In this document: positions 19,399 through 28,639 of the stretch, in pieces
Numbering within the stretch: position 1 is the stretch's first letter
Layout of the letters: every line of letters begins with the position of its first letter
Assembly: GCA_945873125.1 (NCBI GenBank)
Contig: CAMCBV010000007.1
Location: forward strand, 5,342 to 69,341
Length of the DNA: 64,000 bases
DNA from: Prosthecobacter debontii
GTDB lineage: Bacteria > Verrucomicrobiota > Verrucomicrobiia > Verrucomicrobiales > Akkermansiaceae
Direction: 5' to 3'
Made by a program: the position numbers and the translations under genes
The notes under the pieces: model-generated
Seen by the model: the letters and a program-made list of their open reading frames with translations, nothing else
Databases searched by the model: none
What the model was told of the DNA's origin: nothing

Positions 19399-20408
19399 TC
19401 GAATCATTCATGACGCATTTTCGCTTTGCTCAGCCGCAATGGTTGTTGTTGCTGATTCCCGGCTTGCTGTTGCTGGCTTTGCGTAGGGGACGAGGTGCCT
19501 CAGGCGCATTGGTTTTTCCAAACCTGGGTGTGCTTCACAGCCTTGGGAAAAGGGTGAATCATCTGGTATGGAATATTGGATTTCCTCTGTTGTTCATCTC
19601 GCTGCTGCTGGCAATCTTTGGAATCGCAAGGCCGGTATGGCGCAATGAATATCAAAGCCGAATCGCCAGCGGGATTGATATTCTGATTGCCTTTGATGTT
19701 TCACTGTCGATGGATATCGATGATTTCAGTTTCGAGGGTAAGCCCATGAAACGGATGGATGCGGCGAAGAAAGTGGTGGATGCGTTTATTTTAAGAAGAC
19801 CCGATGACAGGATCGGTCTGGTGGCATTTGCGGGACGCCCTGTTTCCGTCAGTCCAATCACACTGGATCATGATTGGTTGAGAAGCGGGCTGGGCCGGCT
19901 TAAACTGAACCGGCATGGCTTGGGGACGGTTCGCGAGCAAGGCACGGCGATTGGTTCCGCACTTGCGACAGCGGCAACGCGCTTGGATAATCGTGAATCG
20001 AAAAGCAAGATCATCGTGTTGATTACGGATGGTGCGAGCAACTCGGGAAAAATTTCCCCTTTGGAGGCAGCCAAGCATATCAAGACTTTGGGAATCAAGA
20101 CATACACTGTCGCCATCGGTACCAAGGAGGGTCGGGTTTCAGGAAGTATTCAGGCGTTTCCTCGTCAGGAGTTTGACCTGCCGACCCTGAAAAAAATTGC
20201 CAGTGATACGGGTGGTGAGCATTTTTGGGCGCAGAACCTTGAAGATTTGGAGAAAAATTTTCAAACTATCGATCAATTGGAAAAAACCGAGTCACGGAGT
20301 CTGACCATTACGGAGGACCGTGAGTTGTATATGTGGTTTATCGGGCTATCATTACTGGCAGCAACAGGGGTTGTGGTTTACATATCGCTATATCGTACGT
20401 CTGTTTGA
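19395..20408 (+). CDS. batA: vWA domain protein (BatA-like)
   Basis: N-terminal FAQPQWLLLL, ARP, MIDAS motif DVSLSM, DRIGLVAFAG, GTAIGSAL, VLITDG, YTVAIG. Confidence 0.9.
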   Translation: MIESFMTHFRFAQPQWLLLLIPGLLLLALRRGRGASGALVFPNLGVLHSLGKRVNHLVWNIGFPLLFISLLLAIFGIARPVWRNEYQSRIASGIDILIAFDVSLSMDIDDFSFEGKPMKRMDAAKKVVDAFILRRPDDRIGLVAFAGRPVSVSPITLDHDWLRSGLGRLKLNRHGLGTVREQGTAIGSALATAATRLDNRESKSKIIVLITDGASNSGKISPLEAAKHIKTLGIKTYTVAIGTKEGRVSGSIQAFPRQEFDLPTLKKIASDTGGEHFWAQNLEDLEKNFQTIDQLEKTESRSLTITEDRELYMWFIGLSLLAATGVVVYISLYRTSV

Positions 20409-20410
20409 AT

Positions 20411-22381
20411 ATGAATTTGGCTAATCCAGAATGGCTTTTGGTTTGGATCGCGCTGCCGATCCTGGCAATCAGTGCGATTTTACTGGATCGTTACAGAGGA
20501 CAGCCATGGGAACAACTGGTGGCTTTGCGTTTGCGTGGGAAGTTGATTCGAAATCATCATCCTTTGCCGCGCTGGTTATCACTGGGTCTGATATGGGCTG
20601 CCATGGCTGTATTTGTCTTCGCACTTGCAAGACCTCAAGGTGATGCGGGTGTAGAGACCAAAACAGCCAAGGGGCGGAATGTGATGATTGCCTTGGACCT
20701 CTCACGCAGTATGCGGGTGACAGATGTTAATCCGGATCGCTTGGGTCAGGGGAAAATCCTAATTTACGAAATCTTGGCCGCTTTGAAAAACGACCGCGTT
20801 GGCTTGGTGGGTTTTGCTGGCACGCCCTATTTGTTCGCTCCTTTGACTATTGATCTCGGGGCTTTGCATGAGACTGTGGAACAGATTGACGAGCAATGGG
20901 TGACCACAGGTGGGTCCGATATCTCATCTGCGATCAAGCTTGCAACCGAAACTCTTAAAGAAACGGGCCAGAAAAACAATCTGCTGATTTTGATCAGCGA
21001 TGGTGAGAAACACGATGGTGATTTGGATACGATTGTGGCTGAAGCGGAAAGCGCAGGAGTAAAAATTTTCACCATAGGAGTGGGAACGGAAGATGGTGGC
21101 TTTGTTCCGCATAAGGATTACTCGGATGGATTTTTGGTCGATGAATCGGGAAGCAAAGTTCTCAGTCGTCTGCAGGCAGATGTATTGAGAAAACTGGCAA
21201 CTTCCACCGGAGGTCAATACGTGGTCGCCGGGACAGGCGGAGATATTCCAGCCATGATCGAGTTGGCGGTCCAAGGGATGGATGTTTTTGAAATGGAAGC
21301 GGGTCAGAGCCGGGTTGTGGTTGAATTTTTCCAATGGGCCGTGCTGCCTGGAATTCTGTTCCTGATGGCGGCGATCGTTGCCGGGACGCGCTGGAGTAGG
21401 ATTGCGATACCTGCCGCCGCAGGGCTCATGGTCCTGTTTGCCGATGACGCACAGGCAAATGCATTACGCGATGCGAAGACGGCTTTTTTTGAGGGTCGTT
21501 ATGATCAGGCGCGTGATGCGTATCGTTTTTTAGCAAAGGAAAAAACGGGTGATGACGCCGCAAAAATGCGATTAGCTGAGGGTCTCTCTGCTTACGAGGC
21601 TGGGGATTTGCGTGGTGCACGTTCAGCTTATAGTGGAGCGTTGCTGTCGAGTGAAAATCTTGTTTCGGCCAAGGCTCACGAAGGTATGGGCAATACCCTT
21701 TTTCAGTTAGGTTGGATGGGTATTTCCGGAAGCCGTTATCCAACGGGAAAAGCGATTCCGGAAATGGAGCGGTTTGATCAGATAGTTCGCGAGCAATTAC
21801 AAAAAATGCGTGAGGAAAAGGTTCCTGAGAAGGGAGATACGAGTGGTTACTTGCGTATGGAGGCGGTCATGGTGAACTGGTCGGATGCGGTTCGGCATTA
21901 TCGCACGGCACTTGTCAAAAATTCTAAGGACAACAATCCGGGCAGGAATAAAGAGACGACCCTGGTGTATTTGAGGCGTTTGGCGGAGTTGTTGGATGAA
22001 GAGAAAAAGCAAACTGAACAAGAAATGATGCGGCAACAGCAGCAACAGGATGCTCCATTCGAAGGCGAGGGAGAGGGTGATAAGCCCAAAGAAGGTGATA
22101 GCAGCGGTGAGGGAGATAAGGGTGAAAAGGGGGATGATGAAAAGCAGCCCGATTCAAAAAAACCGGACGACAAGGAAAAAGGTGAGAATGAAAAAGGTGA
22201 GAAGGACGGGGATCAGCCAAATGATCCCACAGATGACGACTCCGAGGATGGTGACAGCGCCAATCCCGGCGAGACGCCAGAGGATTTAGCGCGCAGAAAA
22301 CTCAAAGAGAATTCCGATGTTGAAAAGGGATCTCCGTTTTCTGGGCGCAGAGAATTCAAAACTCCTGACAAGGACTGGTAA
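20411..22381 (+). CDS. vWA + TPR protein with acidic tail (BatB-BatC-like fusion)
   Basis: MIDAS motif DLSRSM, DRVGLVGFAG, LISDGE. A TM segment is followed by TPR-like helices, a Q/E/D/K-rich low-complexity tail and a terminal KDW. Confidence 0.88.
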   Translation: MNLANPEWLLVWIALPILAISAILLDRYRGQPWEQLVALRLRGKLIRNHHPLPRWLSLGLIWAAMAVFVFALARPQGDAGVETKTAKGRNVMIALDLSRSMRVTDVNPDRLGQGKILIYEILAALKNDRVGLVGFAGTPYLFAPLTIDLGALHETVEQIDEQWVTTGGSDISSAIKLATETLKETGQKNNLLILISDGEKHDGDLDTIVAEAESAGVKIFTIGVGTEDGGFVPHKDYSDGFLVDESGSKVLSRLQADVLRKLATSTGGQYVVAGTGGDIPAMIELAVQGMDVFEMEAGQSRVVVEFFQWAVLPGILFLMAAIVAGTRWSRIAIPAAAGLMVLFADDAQANALRDAKTAFFEGRYDQARDAYRFLAKEKTGDDAAKMRLAEGLSAYEAGDLRGARSAYSGALLSSENLVSAKAHEGMGNTLFQLGWMGISGSRYPTGKAIPEMERFDQIVREQLQKMREEKVPEKGDTSGYLRMEAVMVNWSDAVRHYRTALVKNSKDNNPGRNKETTLVYLRRLAELLDEEKKQTEQEMMRQQQQQDAPFEGEGEGDKPKEGDSSGEGDKGEKGDDEKQPDSKKPDDKEKGENEKGEKDGDQPNDPTDDDSEDGDSANPGETPEDLARRKLKENSDVEKGSPFSGRREFKTPDKDW

Positions 22382-22383
22382 CT

Positions 22384-24816
22384 ATGAATGCATGGATTAA
22401 AAAAACTTTCGTCTTGCTGCTGCTTTCGTTCACTCCGCTTGCCGGTGCGCCGGTCGAGGCGAAAATTTACTCGTCGTTTTTGGCGCGGGGTGAAAAAGTC
22501 CTGTTAGAGGTGAAATTCGAGGGTATTGAGCCCGATAACATGCCGGCATTTCCCAAGATGGAAAATGTGAAAATAGAGCCGATTGGTTATGGGCCGTCGG
22601 ATATGATTCCTGGACGGCAAATTGAATATCGATTCCAGTACATCGTAACCAGTTATGCGGTCGGTCAACATATCATTCCCGCGGCCGAGGTCGTGTTGGG
22701 AGGGGTCAGACATAAGACCGCTCCCATACCTATTGAGGTTTTCAATCCGGATGATCTGATTTGGAATGAGGTAACGGCAAAACCCGAGGCGGCGTCTGAG
22801 AAGGTGCGCTATGCAAGTGTGATCAAAGTTCCGGACAAGAAGATCTACCAAGGCCAGACGGTGGAGACGGAGATCAAAATCTATGTTCCAAGCAAAATGC
22901 TGAATTCGGTCGTCGATTGGGGGGTTCCCGAGTTTGAGCGGGATGGGGTTGCGGTGTGGCGTTACGAAGCCAGCGCGGTCCGGGGTGAGGTGAATCTATT
23001 GGGGCAATCCTATGTGGCGATTTCATACGGGTCTACCATGAATGCCCTGCGTCCGGGAACGGTGACTTTGGGTCCCGCAAGTATCCGGCTAACTTACTTC
23101 AAAATGGTCTTCGATCGTTTCACCCAACGGTTGCAGTTGGAAGCCAGCCTGACGGTTCCAAAATATGATTTCAAAGTTGAACCATTGCCGGATGGCGCTC
23201 CGGAGGGCTTTGATCAAGCGGTTGGCAAGTTCACTCTCGGTACGGCAATCAAGCAAACGAATGTCATAGAGGGTGAGCCATTGGCACTGGATGTGATTGT
23301 TTCCGGAAGCGGCAATCTTGACACGCTCCGTTCGCCAACATTGACCGATTCCACAGGATGGAAAGTTTATGATGCAACAGCCAGCCAACGCGGTGATGAG
23401 CGCCGTGAACTCAACGGGGTTGTGATTTTCAGCCAGTTCATCCGCCCCCTAGAGATGAAGACTTCAATTCCTTCCTTTCGCTTGGTTTATTTTGATCCGG
23501 AAGAGGAGAAATACAAAACAGCGATGAGTGAGGCCATTCCCATCACGATGACACCTGCTATTCTGAGAAGTGGCTTAGAATCATCCGGAGCGCCACAGGC
23601 ACTGCCGATTCCGGTGGAGCGCATGACCGATATCCTAGGGCTATTGAACACAGGAAGTTTGTTGTTGGAAGAGCAGGCTGATTTTTCCATGAAAATCATT
23701 CAAATCATTTTAATCCTGACTGCACTTCTGCTGATCGTCAAATCCCTGTGGATGCGTTACGGGCATTTGCTTGAGAGAGATAAAACCAAGCTCCAGATGA
23801 AAAAGGATTTTCAAAATGTGCTTAACGCGGAAAGTCGCGGCGGTTTGGATTTTCTTCGGAATGCCGGAGCATTCGTGGAGAAGTGGCTCGGCAATGAAAT
23901 AGATGGTGAAATCGGTGAGATTGTCCGGGAACGCGATCGGTTATGTTTCCAAAAAGATAAACAGGAAGCTGATTTGCCCGCGAAACGCCGTCAGCAAATG
24001 CTGCGGGCTATCAAGCGTGGAGCTTTCGGGCTGCTTTTGATTGCTTTTTTGATGCCTCAAGCACGGGGTGAAGATGTTATGGCGAAGGCCACGAAGGCAT
24101 ATGAAGCGGCCAAGTATGAGGAGGCAGCCAAGCTTTGGTTGGCTGCGGGTCCCTATTCGAAGCTTTCCGCAGATACCCTTTATAACATCGGAAACTCGGC
24201 CTACAAGATGGGTTCTCCCGGTGATGCTGCGCTCTATTACAGACGCGCATTGGCGCGTGATGTCAGTCACGCCGAGGCACGCCAAAACTTGCGATTCATT
24301 GAACGCAAGTTTGGTTCGATCACGGTGACTCGCCCGGCCTATCAATACGCATTGGCGCGAGTTTCGTTAGAGACCTGGTATGGTGGATTCCAGATAGGGT
24401 CTTGGATCTTATTGCTCGCGGTCTTAGTCTTTTTTGCAACAAGACCTGGAAATCGGCTACGGATATGTGGGTTGGTGGGATTGATTCTCGCGCCGCTAAT
24501 CATCATCTTCACTCTACTGGGTTGTCATTACTACCCGAACGATGCCCAGTTCGCGCCACTTTCTAAACAGGCGGTGATCGTCGGAGACAAAGTCGTATTG
24601 TATACGGACGCATCACGAACTTCGCCCGAAGTGATCGATGCTCCACCCGGGTCACTAGCTGAGGTGATTGATGAATGCGGAGATTGGGCTTATGTGGGCT
24701 TTGCGACCCAGACGCGCGGGTGGGTACCGATTGAGTTTGTGAAAAAAATCATTCCAAATCAGAATCCTGAGCCCCCTAAAATTTTGAAATCCACTGCGGA
24801 TGGTAGCAGCGCTTGA
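22384..24816 (+). CDS. BatD-like protein fused to a BatE-like TPR/SH3 module
   Basis: Signal peptide, a beta-rich BatD-type region (AVGKFTL, VSGSGNL, IPSFRLVYFDPEEEKY), a TM segment, then YNIGNSAYKMG...AALYYRRAL and a C-terminal SH3-like GDWAYV...RGWV. Confidence 0.85.
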   Translation: MNAWIKKTFVLLLLSFTPLAGAPVEAKIYSSFLARGEKVLLEVKFEGIEPDNMPAFPKMENVKIEPIGYGPSDMIPGRQIEYRFQYIVTSYAVGQHIIPAAEVVLGGVRHKTAPIPIEVFNPDDLIWNEVTAKPEAASEKVRYASVIKVPDKKIYQGQTVETEIKIYVPSKMLNSVVDWGVPEFERDGVAVWRYEASAVRGEVNLLGQSYVAISYGSTMNALRPGTVTLGPASIRLTYFKMVFDRFTQRLQLEASLTVPKYDFKVEPLPDGAPEGFDQAVGKFTLGTAIKQTNVIEGEPLALDVIVSGSGNLDTLRSPTLTDSTGWKVYDATASQRGDERRELNGVVIFSQFIRPLEMKTSIPSFRLVYFDPEEEKYKTAMSEAIPITMTPAILRSGLESSGAPQALPIPVERMTDILGLLNTGSLLLEEQADFSMKIIQIILILTALLLIVKSLWMRYGHLLERDKTKLQMKKDFQNVLNAESRGGLDFLRNAGAFVEKWLGNEIDGEIGEIVRERDRLCFQKDKQEADLPAKRRQQMLRAIKRGAFGLLLIAFLMPQARGEDVMAKATKAYEAAKYEEAAKLWLAAGPYSKLSADTLYNIGNSAYKMGSPGDAALYYRRALARDVSHAEARQNLRFIERKFGSITVTRPAYQYALARVSLETWYGGFQIGSWILLLAVLVFFATRPGNRLRICGLVGLILAPLIIIFTLLGCHYYPNDAQFAPLSKQAVIVGDKVVLYTDASRTSPEVIDAPPGSLAEVIDECGDWAYVGFATQTRGWVPIEFVKKIIPNQNPEPPKILKSTADGSSA

Positions 24817-24822
24817 ACCTAT

Positions 24823-25839
24823 TTGATGAGCGAGACAATTGCATGGCTTGCCCGCACAGATGGCACGGTGGTAGTGGGATATGGGCCGTTTTGTGAAACG
24901 GATGCGCCACCCCAATCCGGAGTGGCATTCTTCAAATGTGGTTTCTTCGAGATAGGAGGAAAACCATGGAAGATTCCGGAAAGAGTCGAACACCTCAGCT
25001 TGCGCCAGTTTCAAGAAAAGTTTTCCAATCCTTCGGGTAAACTGGAGATCGATTGGGAAACACCGGATGCGGTACCTTTTTCCCTCGTATTCCAAGAAAT
25101 CATGACCTGCATCGGGCAAGGGATGATTGAGAAAACGGTTCCCGTGGTTACCGAACAAGGCAAGGTGCGCGGAGGGTGGGCGCCATCCGCCAACATGATT
25201 GCAGCAATAGCAGCACAGCGCGCGCCATTGCATGCCTATGGTTGGGTGGATGTCGATTCCGGCTTCGCAGGCGCGACTCCGGAGCTTCTCATCTCCATGC
25301 GTGGGTTGCATTTGGAAACCATGGCACTTGCTGGGACGGCGAGGCAAGAGGATGAGGCTGTGTTTGGAGTGGATGAAAAAGAGATTCGCGAGCACGAATA
25401 CGTGGCGCAGACATTGGTTGCGAAGTTGCTCGATCTTGGAAAATTAAAGCGAAAGGGGCGCGAGGTGTTGCGCTTGGGTTCGATTGTTCATTTTTTAACG
25501 GGCATTTCAGTGGATTTGGAATCCAAGCAAGAGCCCCTTCGCCTGCTGCATAGATTGCATCCGACTCCCGCTTTGGGTCCTTTGCCACGGACCGATCAAA
25601 CCATGGCGATGCTGAGTGAGTGGCGTAAGCGATTGGGTTGTCCGGTTGAATTTGGCGCGCCGTTTGGAGTCTGGGATCATGGAGCTTTCGAGGCCGTGGT
25701 TGCGATCCGGGGTTTGTGGTGGAAGGGAAGTGAAATTTCTCTGCCCGCCGGTTGTGGAATTATCGAAGCGAGCCGTTTGGTCAATGAATGGAGGGAATTG
25801 CGCCTCAAACGCGAGGCGGTGAAACGTTTCTTGATGTGA
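24823..25839 (+). CDS. Chorismate-binding (MST family) enzyme, isochorismate synthase-like
   Basis: EKTVPV, FAGATPELL, TMALAGT, KEIREHEYV, LHRLHPTPALG, AVVAIRG, AGCGII...EWRELRLK. Confidence 0.82.
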   Translation: MMSETIAWLARTDGTVVVGYGPFCETDAPPQSGVAFFKCGFFEIGGKPWKIPERVEHLSLRQFQEKFSNPSGKLEIDWETPDAVPFSLVFQEIMTCIGQGMIEKTVPVVTEQGKVRGGWAPSANMIAAIAAQRAPLHAYGWVDVDSGFAGATPELLISMRGLHLETMALAGTARQEDEAVFGVDEKEIREHEYVAQTLVAKLLDLGKLKRKGREVLRLGSIVHFLTGISVDLESKQEPLRLLHRLHPTPALGPLPRTDQTMAMLSEWRKRLGCPVEFGAPFGVWDHGAFEAVVAIRGLWWKGSEISLPAGCGIIEASRLVNEWRELRLKREAVKRFLM

Positions 25840-25865
25840 CAGGATTCTCAGGTTTTACTTCATAC

Positions 25866-26399
25866 ATGAAATTGATACGCCTGTTGATGATTTGTGCCAT
25901 TGGGGTGCTTTCAGTATATGCGGAGGAATCGGGCTTTGATTCGGTTGACGGTCCAAACGTCCGGGTTATGCGCCATGATGATGGATCACGTACAATTTTT
26001 GTTCGCAGCCCGGATAATAGAACTCTGACCAAGCGGACATTCAGTGCAAAAGGCACTGTTAACATGGTCACGATTTATCGAATGGATAAGAATGGAAATC
26101 CGACGGGATGCAAAATTTTCGATGGTAATGGCAGTGAGCTCTATAAGTTCAGTTACGGCTATAACAAGAAAAACGGCAAATTGGCGGAAGAACGGATGTT
26201 TGATTCCAGGGTCAAACGAATCGATCCTAAAACGGGAGATGAAATGCCCGTGCGTCGTTTTATCTATTCATATGATGCTCTGGGTAACCGTAGCGCACCG
26301 ATCGCGATTACTCTTATCAAGGGCGTGTATGCGGAAAATTTTTTCGGATCTCCTTCGGCTCTTGAATCGGATCCTTTCGCAGCTCCCAGAGGGCGGTAA
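25866..26399 (+). CDS. Hypothetical secreted protein (YD/RHS-like short beta repeats)
   Basis: Signal peptide MKLIRLLMICAIGVLSVYA. Contains YGYNKKNG and YSYDALG-type turns. Confidence 0.7.
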   Translation: MKLIRLLMICAIGVLSVYAEESGFDSVDGPNVRVMRHDDGSRTIFVRSPDNRTLTKRTFSAKGTVNMVTIYRMDKNGNPTGCKIFDGNGSELYKFSYGYNKKNGKLAEERMFDSRVKRIDPKTGDEMPVRRFIYSYDALGNRSAPIAITLIKGVYAENFFGSPSALESDPFAAPRGR

Positions 26400-26410
26400 T
26401 TGATAGTGCG

Positions 26411-27679
26411 ATGATATCTGAAAAACAGTTACTCACGTTACTCATAGGTGCCTCGCTTGGAGCGGGCGGTTGGATGTATCGCGCGGACAAGGCGCCGGAT
26501 GCGGGCACGGAATCACTTGAGGGTGTGGAGAATCAACTCCGAATTGCAGAAGAGGAGATTGAAATGCTCAAGAAAGAGAATGATTCTCTGCGCTCGCTTG
26601 CACAGGGTGGGGGTGAGGTGGCTGTGCCTAAGGAATTGATCTCCAAGGTCGAAAAGGATTACGGGCTACATTTTTTATCGAATCCCGTGGTTCATCAAGT
26701 GGCTGGCGAGGAACTCGGATATCGTATCGAAGCGGCACTTGAAAGCCGGCTCGGTCCGCAGGGTATGGATGACAGGCAGGAAGCTTACCGACGCATGGGT
26801 TGGTTGGCAGTGGATGATAAGCTAATCAACCAGCTCGTCTCGATAAAATCCGTGGGTGTTCTCTCATGGTTTGACGAGCAAGCCGGTCAAGGCTGGGTAA
26901 CGGATCGGTTTGATTTGAAAAATGTTCCGGATCAGGCGGCGATGACAAGCTTGCTGGTGCGCATTTTGTTGAATCAGCATTTTCCCGCTCCTGTAAGCTA
27001 TCCCGGCGATGATACGGCTAGGACTCGCGAGGCTATACACGCAGGCGCAGCTTATGGGGCGGAATCGAGATTCTATGCCGACAGTGCGCGCCATATGGGT
27101 TTCATGCCAATGGATGAAAACGGTGCTGTCGAGCGCCTCATGCTATCGCTTCCTCCCTTCATTCAGGGTCTGAAAATCTTTCCCACAACATCGGGTAGGG
27201 CTTTCGCTGACACGCATTATGTGAAGGGAGAAAAGATTTTTTCCGAGGCGATGAGAAATCCGCCGCAAACGACTTATCATCTCGCTTTTCCCGCAGAGTC
27301 AGGTCGCGGGGGTATGATAGATTTTCCGAAAACGGATGATGAAATCTTTCTCACTGAGAGCGCGGGTTACTTGGGATTGCGTTTGTGGTTGGAGGAAATG
27401 GGAGACGTCGGGATTGCCGAAGAAGTGGCACGTGAATGGTCGCGTGATGGCTATTTGTTGTTCGCTGACGGAGAGACCTCGTCAGGGTTGATATGGGATG
27501 TGGAATTTCAAAACGAAACCGCCGCTGAACAATTCACAGCTGAAGCCAATCAGCGGATCCAAGTCATGAAGGATCAGGCTCAGGATCGATTTTTCAGTGT
27601 CAGGAGAATATCCCCAAAGCGTGTTCGTTTCCTGAATGTCGCGACTGCGGAAACATTGACCAAACTATTATCCCGATAG
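26411..27679 (+). CDS. Hypothetical membrane-anchored protein; possible catalytically degenerate metallopeptidase homologue
   Basis: N-terminal TM helix and coiled coil. NQHF followed by GDD...AGAA, and a later EW..DG, recall HExxH-DQHF peptidases, but HExxH is absent. Confidence 0.6.
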   Translation: MISEKQLLTLLIGASLGAGGWMYRADKAPDAGTESLEGVENQLRIAEEEIEMLKKENDSLRSLAQGGGEVAVPKELISKVEKDYGLHFLSNPVVHQVAGEELGYRIEAALESRLGPQGMDDRQEAYRRMGWLAVDDKLINQLVSIKSVGVLSWFDEQAGQGWVTDRFDLKNVPDQAAMTSLLVRILLNQHFPAPVSYPGDDTARTREAIHAGAAYGAESRFYADSARHMGFMPMDENGAVERLMLSLPPFIQGLKIFPTTSGRAFADTHYVKGEKIFSEAMRNPPQTTYHLAFPAESGRGGMIDFPKTDDEIFLTESAGYLGLRLWLEEMGDVGIAEEVAREWSRDGYLLFADGETSSGLIWDVEFQNETAAEQFTAEANQRIQVMKDQAQDRFFSVRRISPKRVRFLNVATAETLTKLLSR

Positions 27680-27682
27680 CTG

Positions 27683-28102
27683 ATGAAAGTTTATACTGCC
27701 GAGTTGGCCATTCGAACCCGAGGCAAGGGAACCTACGAAATTTCCGATGAAATCGCAGGGATTGTGAGCAATTCAGGAATCGTATCAGGCCAAGTTACCG
27801 TGCTGTTGCGGCATACAAGTGCGAGCTTGGTTCTCATGGAAAACGCCGACCCCAGCGCGCGGCGAGACTTGGAAAGATGGTTTGATCGATTGGTTCGTGA
27901 AGATGATCCGGATTTTGTTCACACTCTCGAAGGTCCCGATGATATGCCAAGTCATATCCGTATGGTGCTGACACGATCCTCAGAAGTCATTCCCATCCAT
28001 CGCGGCCGCATGACTCTGGGAACTTGGCAGGGGATTTTCATTTTCGAACACCGCAGACAACCGCATCAGCGGAGCATAGCGGTGACGGTGATGGGGGAAT
28101 GA
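27683..28102 (+). CDS. yjbQ: YjbQ family protein (UPF0047)
   Basis: HTSASL..ENADP, HTLEGPDDMPSHIR, LGTWQGIFIFEHR. Confidence 0.93.
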   Translation: MKVYTAELAIRTRGKGTYEISDEIAGIVSNSGIVSGQVTVLLRHTSASLVLMENADPSARRDLERWFDRLVREDDPDFVHTLEGPDDMPSHIRMVLTRSSEVIPIHRGRMTLGTWQGIFIFEHRRQPHQRSIAVTVMGE

Positions 28103-28143
28103 GGATTGAAATTCACTTGTAGATTCAGCTATTTTTATTTTTC

Positions 28144-28178
28144 ACTACAAATGTAGTTGACGATATTACAAATGTAGT
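28144..28178 (+). promoter_or_regulatory. Tandem BlaI/MecI/CopY-type operators overlapping a TTGACG -35-like hexamer
   Basis: ACTACAAATGTAGT (28144-28157) and ATTACAAATGTAGT (28165-28178) are both TACA-N2-TGTA and lie 21 bp apart. TTGACG is at 28157-28162. Confidence 0.85.
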
Positions 28179-28208
28179 GTGAATTCATGCGACTTTTTTA
28201 AAAAGCAT

Positions 28209-28592
28209 ATGAAAGCACCAAATATTTCTGAAACCGAATGGATCGTGATGGAGGCGTTATGGGAGAACTCCCCGCAAACAGCGTCCGCCGTGGCAAAATC
28301 CCTGCAAGCATCAACCGGCTGGGCCGAGAACACGGTGCGCACGCTGCTCACTCGTTTGGTGGAAAAGGGTGCTCTCACGTTCGTCGATCCAAGCGTTCAG
28401 CCCAAACACTTTGTGCCTGCGGTTAAACGCGAGCTTTGTGTGCAGGCGGAAAGTTCATCTTTCCTGGATCGCATTTTTCAAGGTGCATCGAAATCATTGC
28501 TCATTCATTTCGCCCAGAACGCGCGGCTGACACCAGAAGAAGCCAGCGAACTCAAAAAGATGCTCGATCAATCCATCAAGAATAACCGTTAG
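28209..28592 (+). CDS. BlaI/MecI/CopY family transcriptional repressor
   Basis: ISETEWIVMEALW, WAENTVRTLLTRLVEKG, FLDRIFQGASKSLLIHF. The ATG at 28209 lies downstream of the operators. Confidence 0.95.
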   Translation: MKAPNISETEWIVMEALWENSPQTASAVAKSLQASTGWAENTVRTLLTRLVEKGALTFVDPSVQPKHFVPAVKRELCVQAESSSFLDRIFQGASKSLLIHFAQNARLTPEEASELKKMLDQSIKNNR

Positions 28593-28639
28593 ATTCAAAC
28601 ATTTCTCCGAAACCAAATCCAATAACCCCCGAATAAATT

